From: Akkermansia muciniphila
Lineage (GTDB): Bacteria; Verrucomicrobiota; Verrucomicrobiia; Limisphaerales; SXQI01
Direction: 5' to 3'
Length of the DNA: 64,000 nucleotides
Assembly: GCA_945867235.1 (NCBI GenBank)
Contig: CAMBHS010000001.1
Location: 3,839-67,838 of the forward strand
The position numbers and the translations under genes were made by a program. Below, in pieces: positions 20,201 through 28,209 of the stretch. The number at the start of each line of letters is the position of its first letter. Position 1 is the stretch's first letter. Under the pieces are notes generated by a model, which saw nothing but the letters and a program-made list of their open reading frames with translations, ran no database searches and had not been told where the DNA came from.

Positions 20201-20660
20201 ACCGTTTTTCAATCTGCTTCATCCCAGGGATGCCTTCGAGCATCATACTGCTGCCTCGTGAAACAATTAACGCGAGAAGACCACAGGACAACGCGCCAGA
20301 AACAGCACTCGCGAGTGCGACGCGGTAGGCAATGTTCGAAATTGGAACCAGCACCGTGAATAGCCACGTGTAAAGGGTCCAAACGGGATAACCTGGCGGA
20401 TGGGGCACCCCTGCATAAAACGATCCGACGGCAAGTTCGCCCGAATCCTCCAAGGTAAGATCAGGTGCCAAGGTATAGACATACCCGATCAAAACAAAAA
20501 AACAGACAAAGGCTGCGGTTATCCAATCCAGCTTTCTAAAAAGGGGAGCCACCGGTGGGTGCGGGACACTTGGGGCTGCGGTTTTGTTGGAGGTCCCTTT
20601 GGCGGGCGATGGTTTTGTAACCTCACCCTTTTGGATAGTTTTTAAATGATCGCTGCTCAT
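17202..20660 (-). CDS. DUF2723 (TMEM260-like, GT-C fold glycosyltransferase-like) polytopic membrane protein with a soluble middle domain and C-terminal TPR region
   Basis: 1152 aa. The N-terminal signature is YTLAPDLTLEDSGELAVGSFYAGVPHPPGYPVWTLYTWLF, followed by about 12 hydrophobic segments up to ~residue 590. The C-terminal ~250 aa have TPR-like helical repeats (e.g. AEAWFDYARSQVMVNKPEAALVSLAKAV). The family call is from pattern memory. Confidence 0.65.
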   Translation of the reverse strand: MSSDHLKTIQKGEVTKPSPAKGTSNKTAAPSVPHPPVAPLFRKLDWITAAFVCFFVLIGYVYTLAPDLTLEDSGELAVGSFYAGVPHPPGYPVWTLYTWLFTVLVPISNIAYRVALASAVSGALSCGLLALIVSRGSSMMLEGIPGMKQIEKRWENGLCLVAGFVAGCLLGFNGFMWSQAVIVEVYPFSVLSLMLLLCALLRWMYAPHQLRHLYLAFFWFGICITNHQTLIVAAMGLEVAILMAAPRLGRDLFIANTLIYILGLVAKSKGIIQSFDNNPPLFFIFNAVGVGSGLVALYMIVKTMDQFTAIFTDLVDFNFKKLREALQPILIMAAMWFVGAAFYFYMPIASMTNPPMNWGYPRTEEGFWHALTRGQYDKTSPTSDPFKLFQQVAMYVGGAIDEFTVVCLLIAIVPFMFLSRMQKRERDWMIGLTAIYIGLAFLLLILLNPGTDLQASEQARVFFTASHVMIAIWVGYGITLIGGLIATHYVAVRRNIILGTAVASAFALYSIFQNKSLFLIDKVNAYFLFGLTLVALALFLVGRTKVPRFAILCLFALLPFQSILAHWSANEQRGHLFGYWFGHDMFTPPFDIYPEMPKSSIIFGGTDPGRFCPTYMIFCESFIPPEKRRDPAFDRRDCYLITQNALADGTYLSYIRAHYNRSAQNDPPFFVNFLRSTNEEEQGKTNLLAKLSQPLDTFFTKFGKDMEDRRRKEGVYPPKEINTPTPEDSQVAFQQYIGDAQRRLQHDMQFPNEPKQIRPGEDVRVVDNKISVSGQVAVMAINGLLTKVIFDKNPDHEFFVEESFALDWMFPYLSPFGIIMKINREPLAEMTEDAVKKDHEFWSRYSERLIGNWITYDTTVKEICDFAERTYLRRDLNGFKGDPKFVRDDNAQKAFSKLRSAQGGLYYWRVSNSKNVGENQRMLKEAEFALRQSFAFCPFSPEAVYKYVNLLVNLNRAGDAELVARTCLMFDPESQSIAQLAEQLKGIRDHQVGVQSANSQVAELEKQYQANPTNLEHVFKLASAYVQLQKTNQAVQIFDKLVKMPGADARMLLSVAQAYSQLQNMPGLEEALGRIVAIMPDNAEAWFDYARSQVMVNKPEAALVSLAKAVGLSQTRLMTQPTAKNLLQEALTDPTFVNLRNLPEFQTMVAPK

Positions 20661-20662
20661 CT

Positions 20663-21073
20663 TTATCGGTTGAGAAAGTTAGTCACTGGATGAATCGAAC
20701 CCGGCAAAGTTGACCGGAGATCGGAACTCATTGTCCACATCAAAGTTGTTCGTGGCAAATTGTTAAGCCCGCTATGTCGGATCTCCGCAGGGACGTGTGA
20801 TAATTGCGAACCGAGTTTGTCCATTCTTGCGAGGAGATCGTTGGTGGCATGGGAACCGTAGTTCGACGGATGATCCAACCGGTGAGGCAAAGTGGCGAGA
20901 ACTAAAATGGCACAGGCAGTGATCGGCAACAGCCAATGAAATAGTTCGTGAGTCGCGGAGGGAGCGGGTGCTGCACCATCGTGATTAAAAAGCCGCTCGT
21001 AAACCCGGGCAGATGGTTTTCGCAGCGACCATCGGCGCATCGTTTCTTCCAAATCCTGTTCGTGCATCATCAT
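20663..21073 (-). CDS. putative single-pass anti-sigma factor (non-ZAS)
   Basis: 136 aa, positioned immediately after the ECF sigma gene. It has a short cytoplasmic N-terminus (EETMRRWSLRKPSARVYERLF), one TM (LFHWLLPITACAILVLATL) and an extracytoplasmic tail. No sequence family was recognised; the call rests on context and architecture. Confidence 0.45.
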   Translation of the reverse strand: MMMHEQDLEETMRRWSLRKPSARVYERLFNHDGAAPAPSATHELFHWLLPITACAILVLATLPHRLDHPSNYGSHATNDLLARMDKLGSQLSHVPAEIRHSGLNNLPRTTLMWTMSSDLRSTLPGSIHPVTNFLNR

Positions 21074-21554
21074 TACATCCTTTCAACAATTCCCGAAGTT
21101 TTTGCAATCCATATCTGTAACGTCCTGCAGCGGTATTCGGCGATAGGTCGAGTAGTCTGCCGATCGATTCAAAAGTTTCCTGATGCCAAATCTTTAAAAC
21201 GATAATCTCCCTTTGATCTTGGGGTAATTGAGCCAGACAGGCCATCGCCTGTTCCTCCTTCTTCGAGGGTTCACCCGAGCTTTCAAACCATCTATGAGCT
21301 TCAAATTCTCGGGCAATACGACGCCAAAGACTACGTCGATGATTCAGTGCACGATTGCGAAAACATCGAATGACAAATCCCGCCGGTTGCAACGGGGGAG
21401 CACTTAATTTTAACAAACCTAGGAATGTTTCCTGCAACACATCTTCCGCCTCCACCTGGGAAAGGCCAAGAGCTCGTCCATACAATAGCACCTCCGCAGC
21501 CTTTGCTTGATAAAGGCTCTGCACCCAGCAAGAACTCGAGGTTTTCTCACTCAT
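20985..21554 (-). CDS. ECF-type RNA polymerase sigma factor (sigma-70 family, group 4)
   Basis: Region 2: AEDVLQETFLGLL...FRNRALNHRRS. Region 4 HTH: LPQDQREIIVLKIWHQETFESIGRLLDLSPNTAAGRYRYGLQKLRELL. Confidence 0.85.
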   Translation of the reverse strand: MSEKTSSSCWVQSLYQAKAAEVLLYGRALGLSQVEAEDVLQETFLGLLKLSAPPLQPAGFVIRCFRNRALNHRRSLWRRIAREFEAHRWFESSGEPSKKEEQAMACLAQLPQDQREIIVLKIWHQETFESIGRLLDLSPNTAAGRYRYGLQKLRELLKGCNDDARTGFGRNDAPMVAAKTICPGLRAAF

Positions 21555-21593
21555 TACCTACTTTATAGACACCGGCGGTTTGCTAATTGGTAT

Positions 21594-21623
21594 ATCCGAT
21601 ACCAAAATTCTTGGGAAGTTCTC
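21594..21623 (-). promoter_or_regulatory. candidate ECF-type (autoregulatory) promoter upstream of the sigma gene
   Basis: The minus strand reads GAGAACTT-N16-TCGGAT. This has the same geometry as the RpoE-type GGAACTT-N16-TCnAA consensus. The -10-like element lies ~40 nt upstream of the ATG at 21554. Motif match only. Confidence 0.25.
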
Positions 21624-21690
21624 AGAAATTGACTCAGCTAACGAATATTTCCGATTCGCTAATACAACCTAAATCACCTAGCATGGAGGT

Positions 21691-22656
21691 ATGAGCAATT
21701 ACTTTCACCGGTTGGGTTGCTGGCAGTCGTTACGTTCGAAATTATCAGTCTGTTTTCTTGGAGCGGTGTTTTTCTTGGGAACCTGTCTAAATCCTCTCCA
21801 TGTGATGGGTGAAAATGATCTTTTGCAGTCCGTTGAAGATTGGGCTTTGGAGAACTTGGATGAAGATGTTTTAGACGCATTAAGTCAGATCGATAAGGAG
21901 CGGGTGACCGAAGTATTGGCTGATCTTCAAAATAGGTTGAAGGGAGATTCAGTTTATGAACTTGTTTCTATCAAAGACAGGGCAACACTTTTAATTCCTA
22001 TCCTTGAGCAATTTACGGAAACGGCTGCGATTGCTGAGTGGATCAAAACGAGGATGGATTATCTGGAAGTTGCTCAAGAGCTAAAACGCAAAGCCCCACC
22101 GGCCCCTATAAACAAACCCCCTGCGCCTCCTACGGCTCAGCTCCAAAGTTCCGCTTGGAGTAAGCAATTAGAAAAGCGGGTAATACCGCCTCGTGCCAAA
22201 ACTTATCTGCCGATTCTCAAACCAATTTTTGCTGCTGAAAAAGTCCCCGAACAATTAGTTTGGCTCGCTGAAATAGAATCTTCATTCAATCCAAAAGCCA
22301 GCAGCCCCGCTGGCGCGGAAGGCATGTTTCAGTTGATGAAACCAACGGCTAAGCGATTCGGGCTTTCCACTTTTTTTCCTGACGAACGGCGTAATCCAGA
22401 GAAAAGCGCACGTGCTGCGGCCTCCTATTTGCGTTTTCTTTACAAACATTTTGGCGACTGGCGACTCGCTCTCGCCGCCTACAACGCTGGGGAAGGACGC
22501 ATCGACTCGATTATTAAGAAAGCTGGTACCCGTAATTTTGATGAAATTGTCCATCGATTGCCCGCCGAAACTCAACTTTACGTTCCAAGATACGAGGCGA
22601 CGCTTAAAAAGCGTGAAGGACTTACATTGGAGGATTTACGGATCCCTCAGAGTTAG
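21691..22656 (+). CDS. exported lytic transglycosylase (SLT domain)
   Basis: Signal-like N-terminus. The catalytic block is [25 protein letters not shown], followed by AYNAGEGRI. Confidence 0.85.
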   Translation: MSNYFHRLGCWQSLRSKLSVCFLGAVFFLGTCLNPLHVMGENDLLQSVEDWALENLDEDVLDALSQIDKERVTEVLADLQNRLKGDSVYELVSIKDRATLLIPILEQFTETAAIAEWIKTRMDYLEVAQELKRKAPPAPINKPPAPPTAQLQSSAWSKQLEKRVIPPRAKTYLPILKPIFAAEKVPEQLVWLAEIESSFNPKASSPAGAEGMFQLMKPTAKRFGLSTFFPDERRNPEKSARAAASYLRFLYKHFGDWRLALAAYNAGEGRIDSIIKKAGTRNFDEIVHRLPAETQLYVPRYEATLKKREGLTLEDLRIPQS

Positions 22657-22769
22657 TGGAAGAGTGATTCCCACTTCGTAATCGGCGACCCACCGCAATC
22701 ATTAACCAAACCCAAAGCGGCTTAAAGTTAGGGTGGTGATATAGGGAAGCATTCAATCTCGCAGGAAAT

Positions 22770-23855
22770 TTACTGCATGCTCGCGTATATAATGAGACCC
22801 AATATCACGGCGAACATAATTACCCCGGATATTTTCCAAAAACTGTAAGGTCGATGTCCTGCAATCGTGCCTGTATGCCCATTGATTAGGAGTTGATAGG
22901 ATTTCCTACCATAGGTATAACTCAGCAACCACACGGGCAATAAAGTGTGCTTAAAGGTTTCACCAGTATAGGAGGTTCGCACATTAAGGCTCTGATAAGT
23001 GTCACCAGGTACCGCCGACTTACAACTAGACTCCATGAATTTTTCCATGCGGTCCTTCGCATCAACTGATGCAGCAGCGAGGTCGATCTGATATTGTTCG
23101 ACCAACCAACCCGCCACGAACGAAGGCATGTAGGGTTCGAGACTTCCTGTTGGGAAGGGTTCAACCTTAACTAATAAAACCTTATCTAAACCTTGAGTGG
23201 CCGGTATCAAGATGTCGTCAAATCGGTGGGATTGATGCCCTGATGAAGGCACCCAGCGAGTGTGTCGCACCTGACGAGTTTGTGTGTGCCCATTACTGTC
23301 TCTGTAGGATTCTGTCTTGTAATAGTAATAGCCCGAAAGAGCGGACCAATCGGATTCTGCTTGGGCGTCAAAAGTCCAATAGGGGACATACACTCCTTTA
23401 ATTGTGTCCGTAAGAGCCGATCTACTGAGTCGATTGGGCGCAAACCATCGGTTGCCATACCACTCCCTCACCGCATCACGAACGACCTTTTCCGAGATTA
23501 TAAATGGCAAGACGCTCTCGGGACTGATCGGACGATCCGACTGCTCGTGAGGAACGATCTGAACCGATCCGCAAAAAGGGCAGTTGTGCGCAGCAACTGC
23601 TGGATCCATGACAGTAATCCCTAGACAACTCTGGCATTTAACGGATTGCTTTTCAGTCTTCCAACCGCGATCTGCTTTCGTCAATACTGCCAGAGACGAC
23701 CGTAGATCATACTCGATGATTGGGGAGCCTCCCTCCTCAACCTCCAACTTGTTTCCGCAATAAGGACAGACCAAAAGCTGATCCTTCGCACTCCAACGCA
23801 CGTCTGATCCACAGCTCGGACAATTAATCTTTTTGCTCGCGAGAGCTTCGGCCAT
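22770..23855 (-). CDS. double zinc-ribbon membrane-anchored protein (B. subtilis YdjG-like)
   Basis: Two CxxC...CxxC ribbons (CPSCGSDVRWSAKDQLLVCPYCG and CQSCLGITVMDPAVAAHNCPFCG). A ~230-aa central domain and a C-terminal TM (FWKISGVIMFAVILGLIIYA) follow. It starts 5 nt after the SPFH gene stop. Confidence 0.55.
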   Translation of the reverse strand: MAEALASKKINCPSCGSDVRWSAKDQLLVCPYCGNKLEVEEGGSPIIEYDLRSSLAVLTKADRGWKTEKQSVKCQSCLGITVMDPAVAAHNCPFCGSVQIVPHEQSDRPISPESVLPFIISEKVVRDAVREWYGNRWFAPNRLSRSALTDTIKGVYVPYWTFDAQAESDWSALSGYYYYKTESYRDSNGHTQTRQVRHTRWVPSSGHQSHRFDDILIPATQGLDKVLLVKVEPFPTGSLEPYMPSFVAGWLVEQYQIDLAAASVDAKDRMEKFMESSCKSAVPGDTYQSLNVRTSYTGETFKHTLLPVWLLSYTYGRKSYQLLINGHTGTIAGHRPYSFWKISGVIMFAVILGLIIYASMQ

Positions 23856-23860
23856 GGGGG

Positions 23861-24892
23861 TTACTTGAGAAAGTCCTGCAACGCAATGCGGGTAATGCGG
23901 TAGGCAGATCCAATTTTCTTAGCTTTCAATTCACCGGATTGGATGGAGACCATCAGGTCAGCTTCCGAAACATTCAATTGACGGGCAACCTCAGCAGGGG
24001 TCATCACTTCGTCCACAGGAGCGGGTGGGGTTATGGATGGAGTTGCGATCGTCTGCCCATCGATCAGTTGCTTTGCCATAGCTAAACCCATGGCTAGTTC
24101 TGCCGGTGCGCTTCCTGCGCTGCCACCTTGTCCAAGCCCTTGAGCCAGTTGGAATTTTACAAAGTCATTCAAATTTCCGACCGCTGACATGCTGCTTCGT
24201 TTGTCGATCGCTTCCTCCACCTCAGGTGGCACTGACACATTTTCGACAACAAAGGCCGTGAATTCTAATCCGTATTTCGATTGGGTGATTGGATTGATAA
24301 TCGGAAGTAGAGATTCACCTAACTCCGAATAACGCGTGGCGACGTCGAAAATCGAGATGTGTGCGGTGGCTAATGCTTCGCTAAAAATACTGACGACTCT
24401 GGAGCGCATGACATCGGCAAATTCATCAAGACGAAAATGTTGATCCGTGCCGGCGACCTCTTTTAAGAAGAGTGAAGGATAGACTATTTTGAAATCATAC
24501 GTGCCGAAAGCTCGAGCCCGAACCACCCCAAGGTCTTGATCCCGAACCATGAATGGGTTTTGGGTGCCCCATTTGTTACCGGGAAAAACACGCGTGGTGA
24601 TGTAATAAACATCCGCCTTGAAAGGGGATTCAAATCCGAACTTCCAAGAAGCAAGAGCCGTCAGAACAGGAATGTTATCTGTCGTCAGGCTGTGTTTTCC
24701 GGGACCTAACAAATCCCCAAATTGACCCAGGTAAACAAATTGCACCACCTGCGACTCCCGCACGATCAGTTGGGCCCCGCGCTTAATGGCTTTGTCGTCG
24801 TCAGGGAAGCGGTAGGAAAGCGTGTCGCGCGAGTCGTCTGTCCACTCGATGACCTCAAGGAGTTGGCCTTTGATAAAATCAAACAGTCCCAT
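23861..24892 (-). CDS. SPFH/band-7 superfamily protein (COG4260, YdjI-like) fused to a C-terminal excisionase-type helix-turn-helix
   Basis: The N-terminus MGLFDFIKGQLLEVIEWTDDSRDTLSYRFP...AIKRGAQLIVRESQVVQFV and the following ~260 aa match the YdjI-type SPFH fold pattern. The last ~50 aa, MTPAEVARQLNVSEADLMVSIQSGELKAKKIGSAYRITRIALQDFLK, match the HTH_17/excisionase consensus (L.v.E.A..L.vs...v...i..G.l.a.kiG..yrI....l..fl). Confidence 0.65.
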   Translation of the reverse strand: MGLFDFIKGQLLEVIEWTDDSRDTLSYRFPDDDKAIKRGAQLIVRESQVVQFVYLGQFGDLLGPGKHSLTTDNIPVLTALASWKFGFESPFKADVYYITTRVFPGNKWGTQNPFMVRDQDLGVVRARAFGTYDFKIVYPSLFLKEVAGTDQHFRLDEFADVMRSRVVSIFSEALATAHISIFDVATRYSELGESLLPIINPITQSKYGLEFTAFVVENVSVPPEVEEAIDKRSSMSAVGNLNDFVKFQLAQGLGQGGSAGSAPAELAMGLAMAKQLIDGQTIATPSITPPAPVDEVMTPAEVARQLNVSEADLMVSIQSGELKAKKIGSAYRITRIALQDFLK

Positions 24893-24996
24893 AAGTATTA
24901 GATATAGAGACTACTAAGGCCGAAAATTGCCCAATGCAAATGAAAATTATCGATCAGAGTGGCAAAATTCAGGAAACCAATTAGATTTTCTAGACC

Positions 24997-25176
24997 ATGA
25001 AAGATCTAGATTCAGTTGTGTGTCCATTCTGTGGACAATCGTGCACGTTGGAAATAGAAACCAGCTATGACCCTCAAAGATTCGTAACTGATTGCGAAGT
25101 ATGCTGCCGCCCCTTCGAAGTCACCGTCATTTGCCAAGAAGGACGTGTAATGTCCATCGACGCCCAGAGCGAATAA
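24997..25176 (+). CDS. CPXCG-motif cysteine-rich small protein (59 aa)
   Basis: Below the ORF-track length cut-off. My translation is MKDLDSVVCPFCGQSCTLEIETSYDPQRFVTDCEVCCRPFEVTVICQEGRVMSIDAQSE. It carries CPFCG ... CEVCCRPF, the signature of the CPXCG zinc-binding mini-protein family. ATG start, TAA stop, 180 nt in frame. Confidence 0.65.
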   Translation: MKDLDSVVCPFCGQSCTLEIETSYDPQRFVTDCEVCCRPFEVTVICQEGRVMSIDAQSE

Positions 25177-25191
25177 TGTGAAGATACGAGG

Positions 25192-25476
25192 ATGATGACG
25201 TCTGTGACAATTCTTTGGGTTTATATTGTTCTACTCATTGCGGGTGGAATATTTGGTTTCGTTAAGGCAGGAAGCAAACCATCGTTGATTGCTTCGTCCA
25301 TTTTTGGTGCCTTACTTGCTATGTGTGCGTTGAATATTATTCCGGTTCATTACGCAACTTGGCTGATGGGTGCGCTTGTGTTGGTTTTTGGAATGAGACT
25401 TATTAAGACCAAAAAATTCATGCCCAGTGGATTGATGGTCATTTTAACCCTCTTAGTACTGTTACTCGCTGGATAA
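25192..25476 (+). CDS. TMEM14-family small membrane protein
   Basis: 94 aa with 3-4 TM segments. IAGGIFGFVKAGSKPSLIASSIFG matches the TMEM14 'GG..G[YF].K.GS..SL.AG' motif. Confidence 0.6.
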   Translation: MMTSVTILWVYIVLLIAGGIFGFVKAGSKPSLIASSIFGALLAMCALNIIPVHYATWLMGALVLVFGMRLIKTKKFMPSGLMVILTLLVLLLAG

Positions 25477-25521
25477 ACGCAAACAAATCTGGTTTGCCTA
25501 ACCCCGTAATTTCCTTCCACT

Positions 25522-28071
25522 TTGGAAAGATCACTTCCTATTTGGCAGTTGCAAGGATCGCTGCTCCAGACTCTCGAAACGACCAACCGAGTTGTTCTTG
25601 TCGCACCAACTGGGTCTGGAAAAACTACACAGGTTCCACAGATACTTTGGGATGGAGGAGTTGGGTTCGGTGGAAAAATAATTATTCTACAGCCTCGCCG
25701 TGTCGCTGCTCGCACCGTGGCCGCCCGCGTTGCGTTTGAACGCTCTTGTTTATTAGGCGGGGAAGTGGGGTATCAAGTTCGTTTTGAGGATCGGACAAGT
25801 CTTGGAACTCGACTTTGTTTTATTACGGAAGGGATTTTGCTGCGGTGGTTGCAGGACGATTTCTACCTCAAGGATATCGGCGTGATATTGTTTGATGAGT
25901 TTCACGAACGCAATCTGCTGAGTGATGTCTCATTGGGGTTGGTCAAGAAACTTCAAGAATCAGCGAGACCAGACCTTAAAATAGTTGTCATGTCGGCAAC
26001 GCTGGATGCCGAACCTGTCGCCAAATACTTAGGGGGTTGCCCAATACTGGTCTCGGAGGGGCGCAATTATCCTGTCGAAACAAACTTTCTCTCTACACCT
26101 GATAATCGTGCAATGCCTGATCAGGCAGTGGACATTGTGGAAAGGCTCGTTCGGAATAATGAACAAGGGGATATCCTAATTTTCATGCCTGGAATGGGTG
26201 AGATTCAAGCAACCATACGAGCAGGAGGCAGTGTTCGGACGGCTGAAAAACTCGCTTGGATTCCGCTCCATGGAGAGCTTCAACCTGAGGATCAGGATCG
26301 TGCCTTTGCCCCCAACCAACACCGCAAAGTTATCGTTGCTACAAATGTCGCTGAAACCTCCATCACCATCGATGGGATACGACACGTGATTGATAGCGGT
26401 TTGGCTCGTGTGGCTCGCTACGATGTCGATCGTGGGTTGGGAACCTTATTCATTGAGGAAATCAGTCGCGCCTCAGCCGATCAACGAGCGGGTCGAGCCG
26501 GTCGAACTTCAATGGGCACCTGTTGGAGGCTTTGGACCGAGAGCAATCATCTCAACCGAGCAGAACGTAATACGCCCGAAATTCAGCGAACTGATCTTGC
26601 AGAAGTTGTTCTGCTTCTTCACTCATTAGGAATTCGAAAGGCCAGTGAATTCGATTGGCTTGACCGTCCCGATGTAGCCGCTGTGGATCGAGCCGAGTCT
26701 CTGCTCCGTATGCTGGGAGCCATTCATGAATCGCACCAAATGGGTCAATCGGACGACCTCACCCCGGTGGGTAGAAAAATGTTGCGGCTCCCGATGCATC
26801 CTCGTTACTCGCGGATGTTGGTAGAGGCAGCAAATTACAATTGTGTTCCAGTAGCGGCCTTATGTGCTGCTCTCGTCAGCGGTCGGGATCTCCTCGTTCG
26901 ACTTGGACGTGAAGATAAGCATATCTCAGAAGCTAGGGAGTTGTTCGAAGGTGATCCTCGTTCTGATTTTTTTACTCTGATCCGTGCCTACCAATTTGCC
27001 GTCAAACAGAATTTCCAATCCGAATCTTGTCGTCGCTATGGAGTTCATGCTCAGTCCGCGAGACAAGTGGCACAGACCTACGAACAAATACTTGATATCG
27101 CGCGACGCCAGCACCTCCTGAGTTCCGAGGAAATTCTCCCGGGAAATGACGAGTCCTTATTGCGATCTCTCATGACAGGGTTCATTGATCAACTCTGTGT
27201 GCGATGCGATCAAGGAACGCTCGATTGCAGTTTGACCGCGGGACGTAGCGGAACATTGATGCGTGAGTCGGTTGTGCAAAAGCCTCGAATGTTTGTTGCT
27301 GGTAACATCCGTGAAGTCGCAGGACGAACAGGGCACATCACACTTCTCGGACTTGCAAGCGCGGTGGAACTCCCATGGATTCGAGAGACATTTCCTCAGC
27401 ACCTGAAAGAAAAAGTGGAACACCGTTATGATCGAACTCATAAACGTGTCACAGCAATGCGGCTGCTTTATTTTTGCGACCTTCCCATCGCCTCCGATTA
27501 CCATCCGGAACCTGACCCTGTTGCCTCGGGAATCACGCTTGCTGACGCCGTGATGCAAGAATGGATTGATCTACCAAACTTCAATCATGAATTGAAACAA
27601 TGGATTTCACGTGTTCAATGGGTTGCTCGCAATATGCTAGGACTGGATTTTCCAGCACTGGATGATCACCAGTTGCAAAACCTTTTGTCCAAGGCATTCC
27701 ACGGATTGACCCTCGGAAAAGAAGCCCAAGCTGCACCACTTAAATCGATTTTTGAATCGACTCTAGCCAGCGAACAAAGGGCATGGCTTGACGAACTTGC
27801 TCCAACAACAATCCTGTGGTCCGACAACCGCAAACTGAAACTTCTTTACACTGAAACCTCGCCAGAGATTCAAATAAAACTCCATGAATGTTTCAGTCTC
27901 AAGGAACACCCGATGATCTGTGAAGGTCGTTTGCCAGTCCGGCTTTGGCTCACGAGTCCGGAAGGGAAACGCATTGACTCAACAACAAATTGGCCTTCCT
28001 TCCGCTCGAATAATTACCCGCTGATCAAATCGGCACTGCAAAAAAAATATCCAGGAAATACCTGGCTGTGA
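25522..28071 (+). CDS. hrpB: ATP-dependent DEAH-box helicase HrpB
   Basis: Motif I VLVAPTGSGKTTQVPQ, motif II LFDEFHERN, SAT, ATNVAETSITIDG and QRAGRAGR. The ~850-aa length and the C-terminal HrpB-specific region fit. The start is apparently TTG, as no in-frame ATG is nearby. Confidence 0.9.
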   Translation: MERSLPIWQLQGSLLQTLETTNRVVLVAPTGSGKTTQVPQILWDGGVGFGGKIIILQPRRVAARTVAARVAFERSCLLGGEVGYQVRFEDRTSLGTRLCFITEGILLRWLQDDFYLKDIGVILFDEFHERNLLSDVSLGLVKKLQESARPDLKIVVMSATLDAEPVAKYLGGCPILVSEGRNYPVETNFLSTPDNRAMPDQAVDIVERLVRNNEQGDILIFMPGMGEIQATIRAGGSVRTAEKLAWIPLHGELQPEDQDRAFAPNQHRKVIVATNVAETSITIDGIRHVIDSGLARVARYDVDRGLGTLFIEEISRASADQRAGRAGRTSMGTCWRLWTESNHLNRAERNTPEIQRTDLAEVVLLLHSLGIRKASEFDWLDRPDVAAVDRAESLLRMLGAIHESHQMGQSDDLTPVGRKMLRLPMHPRYSRMLVEAANYNCVPVAALCAALVSGRDLLVRLGREDKHISEARELFEGDPRSDFFTLIRAYQFAVKQNFQSESCRRYGVHAQSARQVAQTYEQILDIARRQHLLSSEEILPGNDESLLRSLMTGFIDQLCVRCDQGTLDCSLTAGRSGTLMRESVVQKPRMFVAGNIREVAGRTGHITLLGLASAVELPWIRETFPQHLKEKVEHRYDRTHKRVTAMRLLYFCDLPIASDYHPEPDPVASGITLADAVMQEWIDLPNFNHELKQWISRVQWVARNMLGLDFPALDDHQLQNLLSKAFHGLTLGKEAQAAPLKSIFESTLASEQRAWLDELAPTTILWSDNRKLKLLYTETSPEIQIKLHECFSLKEHPMICEGRLPVRLWLTSPEGKRIDSTTNWPSFRSNNYPLIKSALQKKYPGNTWL

Positions 28072-28209
28072 GACTCTGCTCAGGGTTTTAGAAGGGTAAC
28101 TATGAATCCTTTTAGGGTGTAACCTGGGATTTTTTGTCTGATAATTTATGTCGATTGGATCTCGAATTATTTGCTTTTGTCCGGTCCACCTTTTCCTACA
28201 AAATAAACC

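Noticed and set aside
25494-25739. 81-aa ORF overlapping the hrpB start in another frame
   Set aside because: The hrpB frame shows the canonical N-terminus and Walker A motif immediately, while the alternative frame is Arg/Ser/Cys-rich and motif-less.
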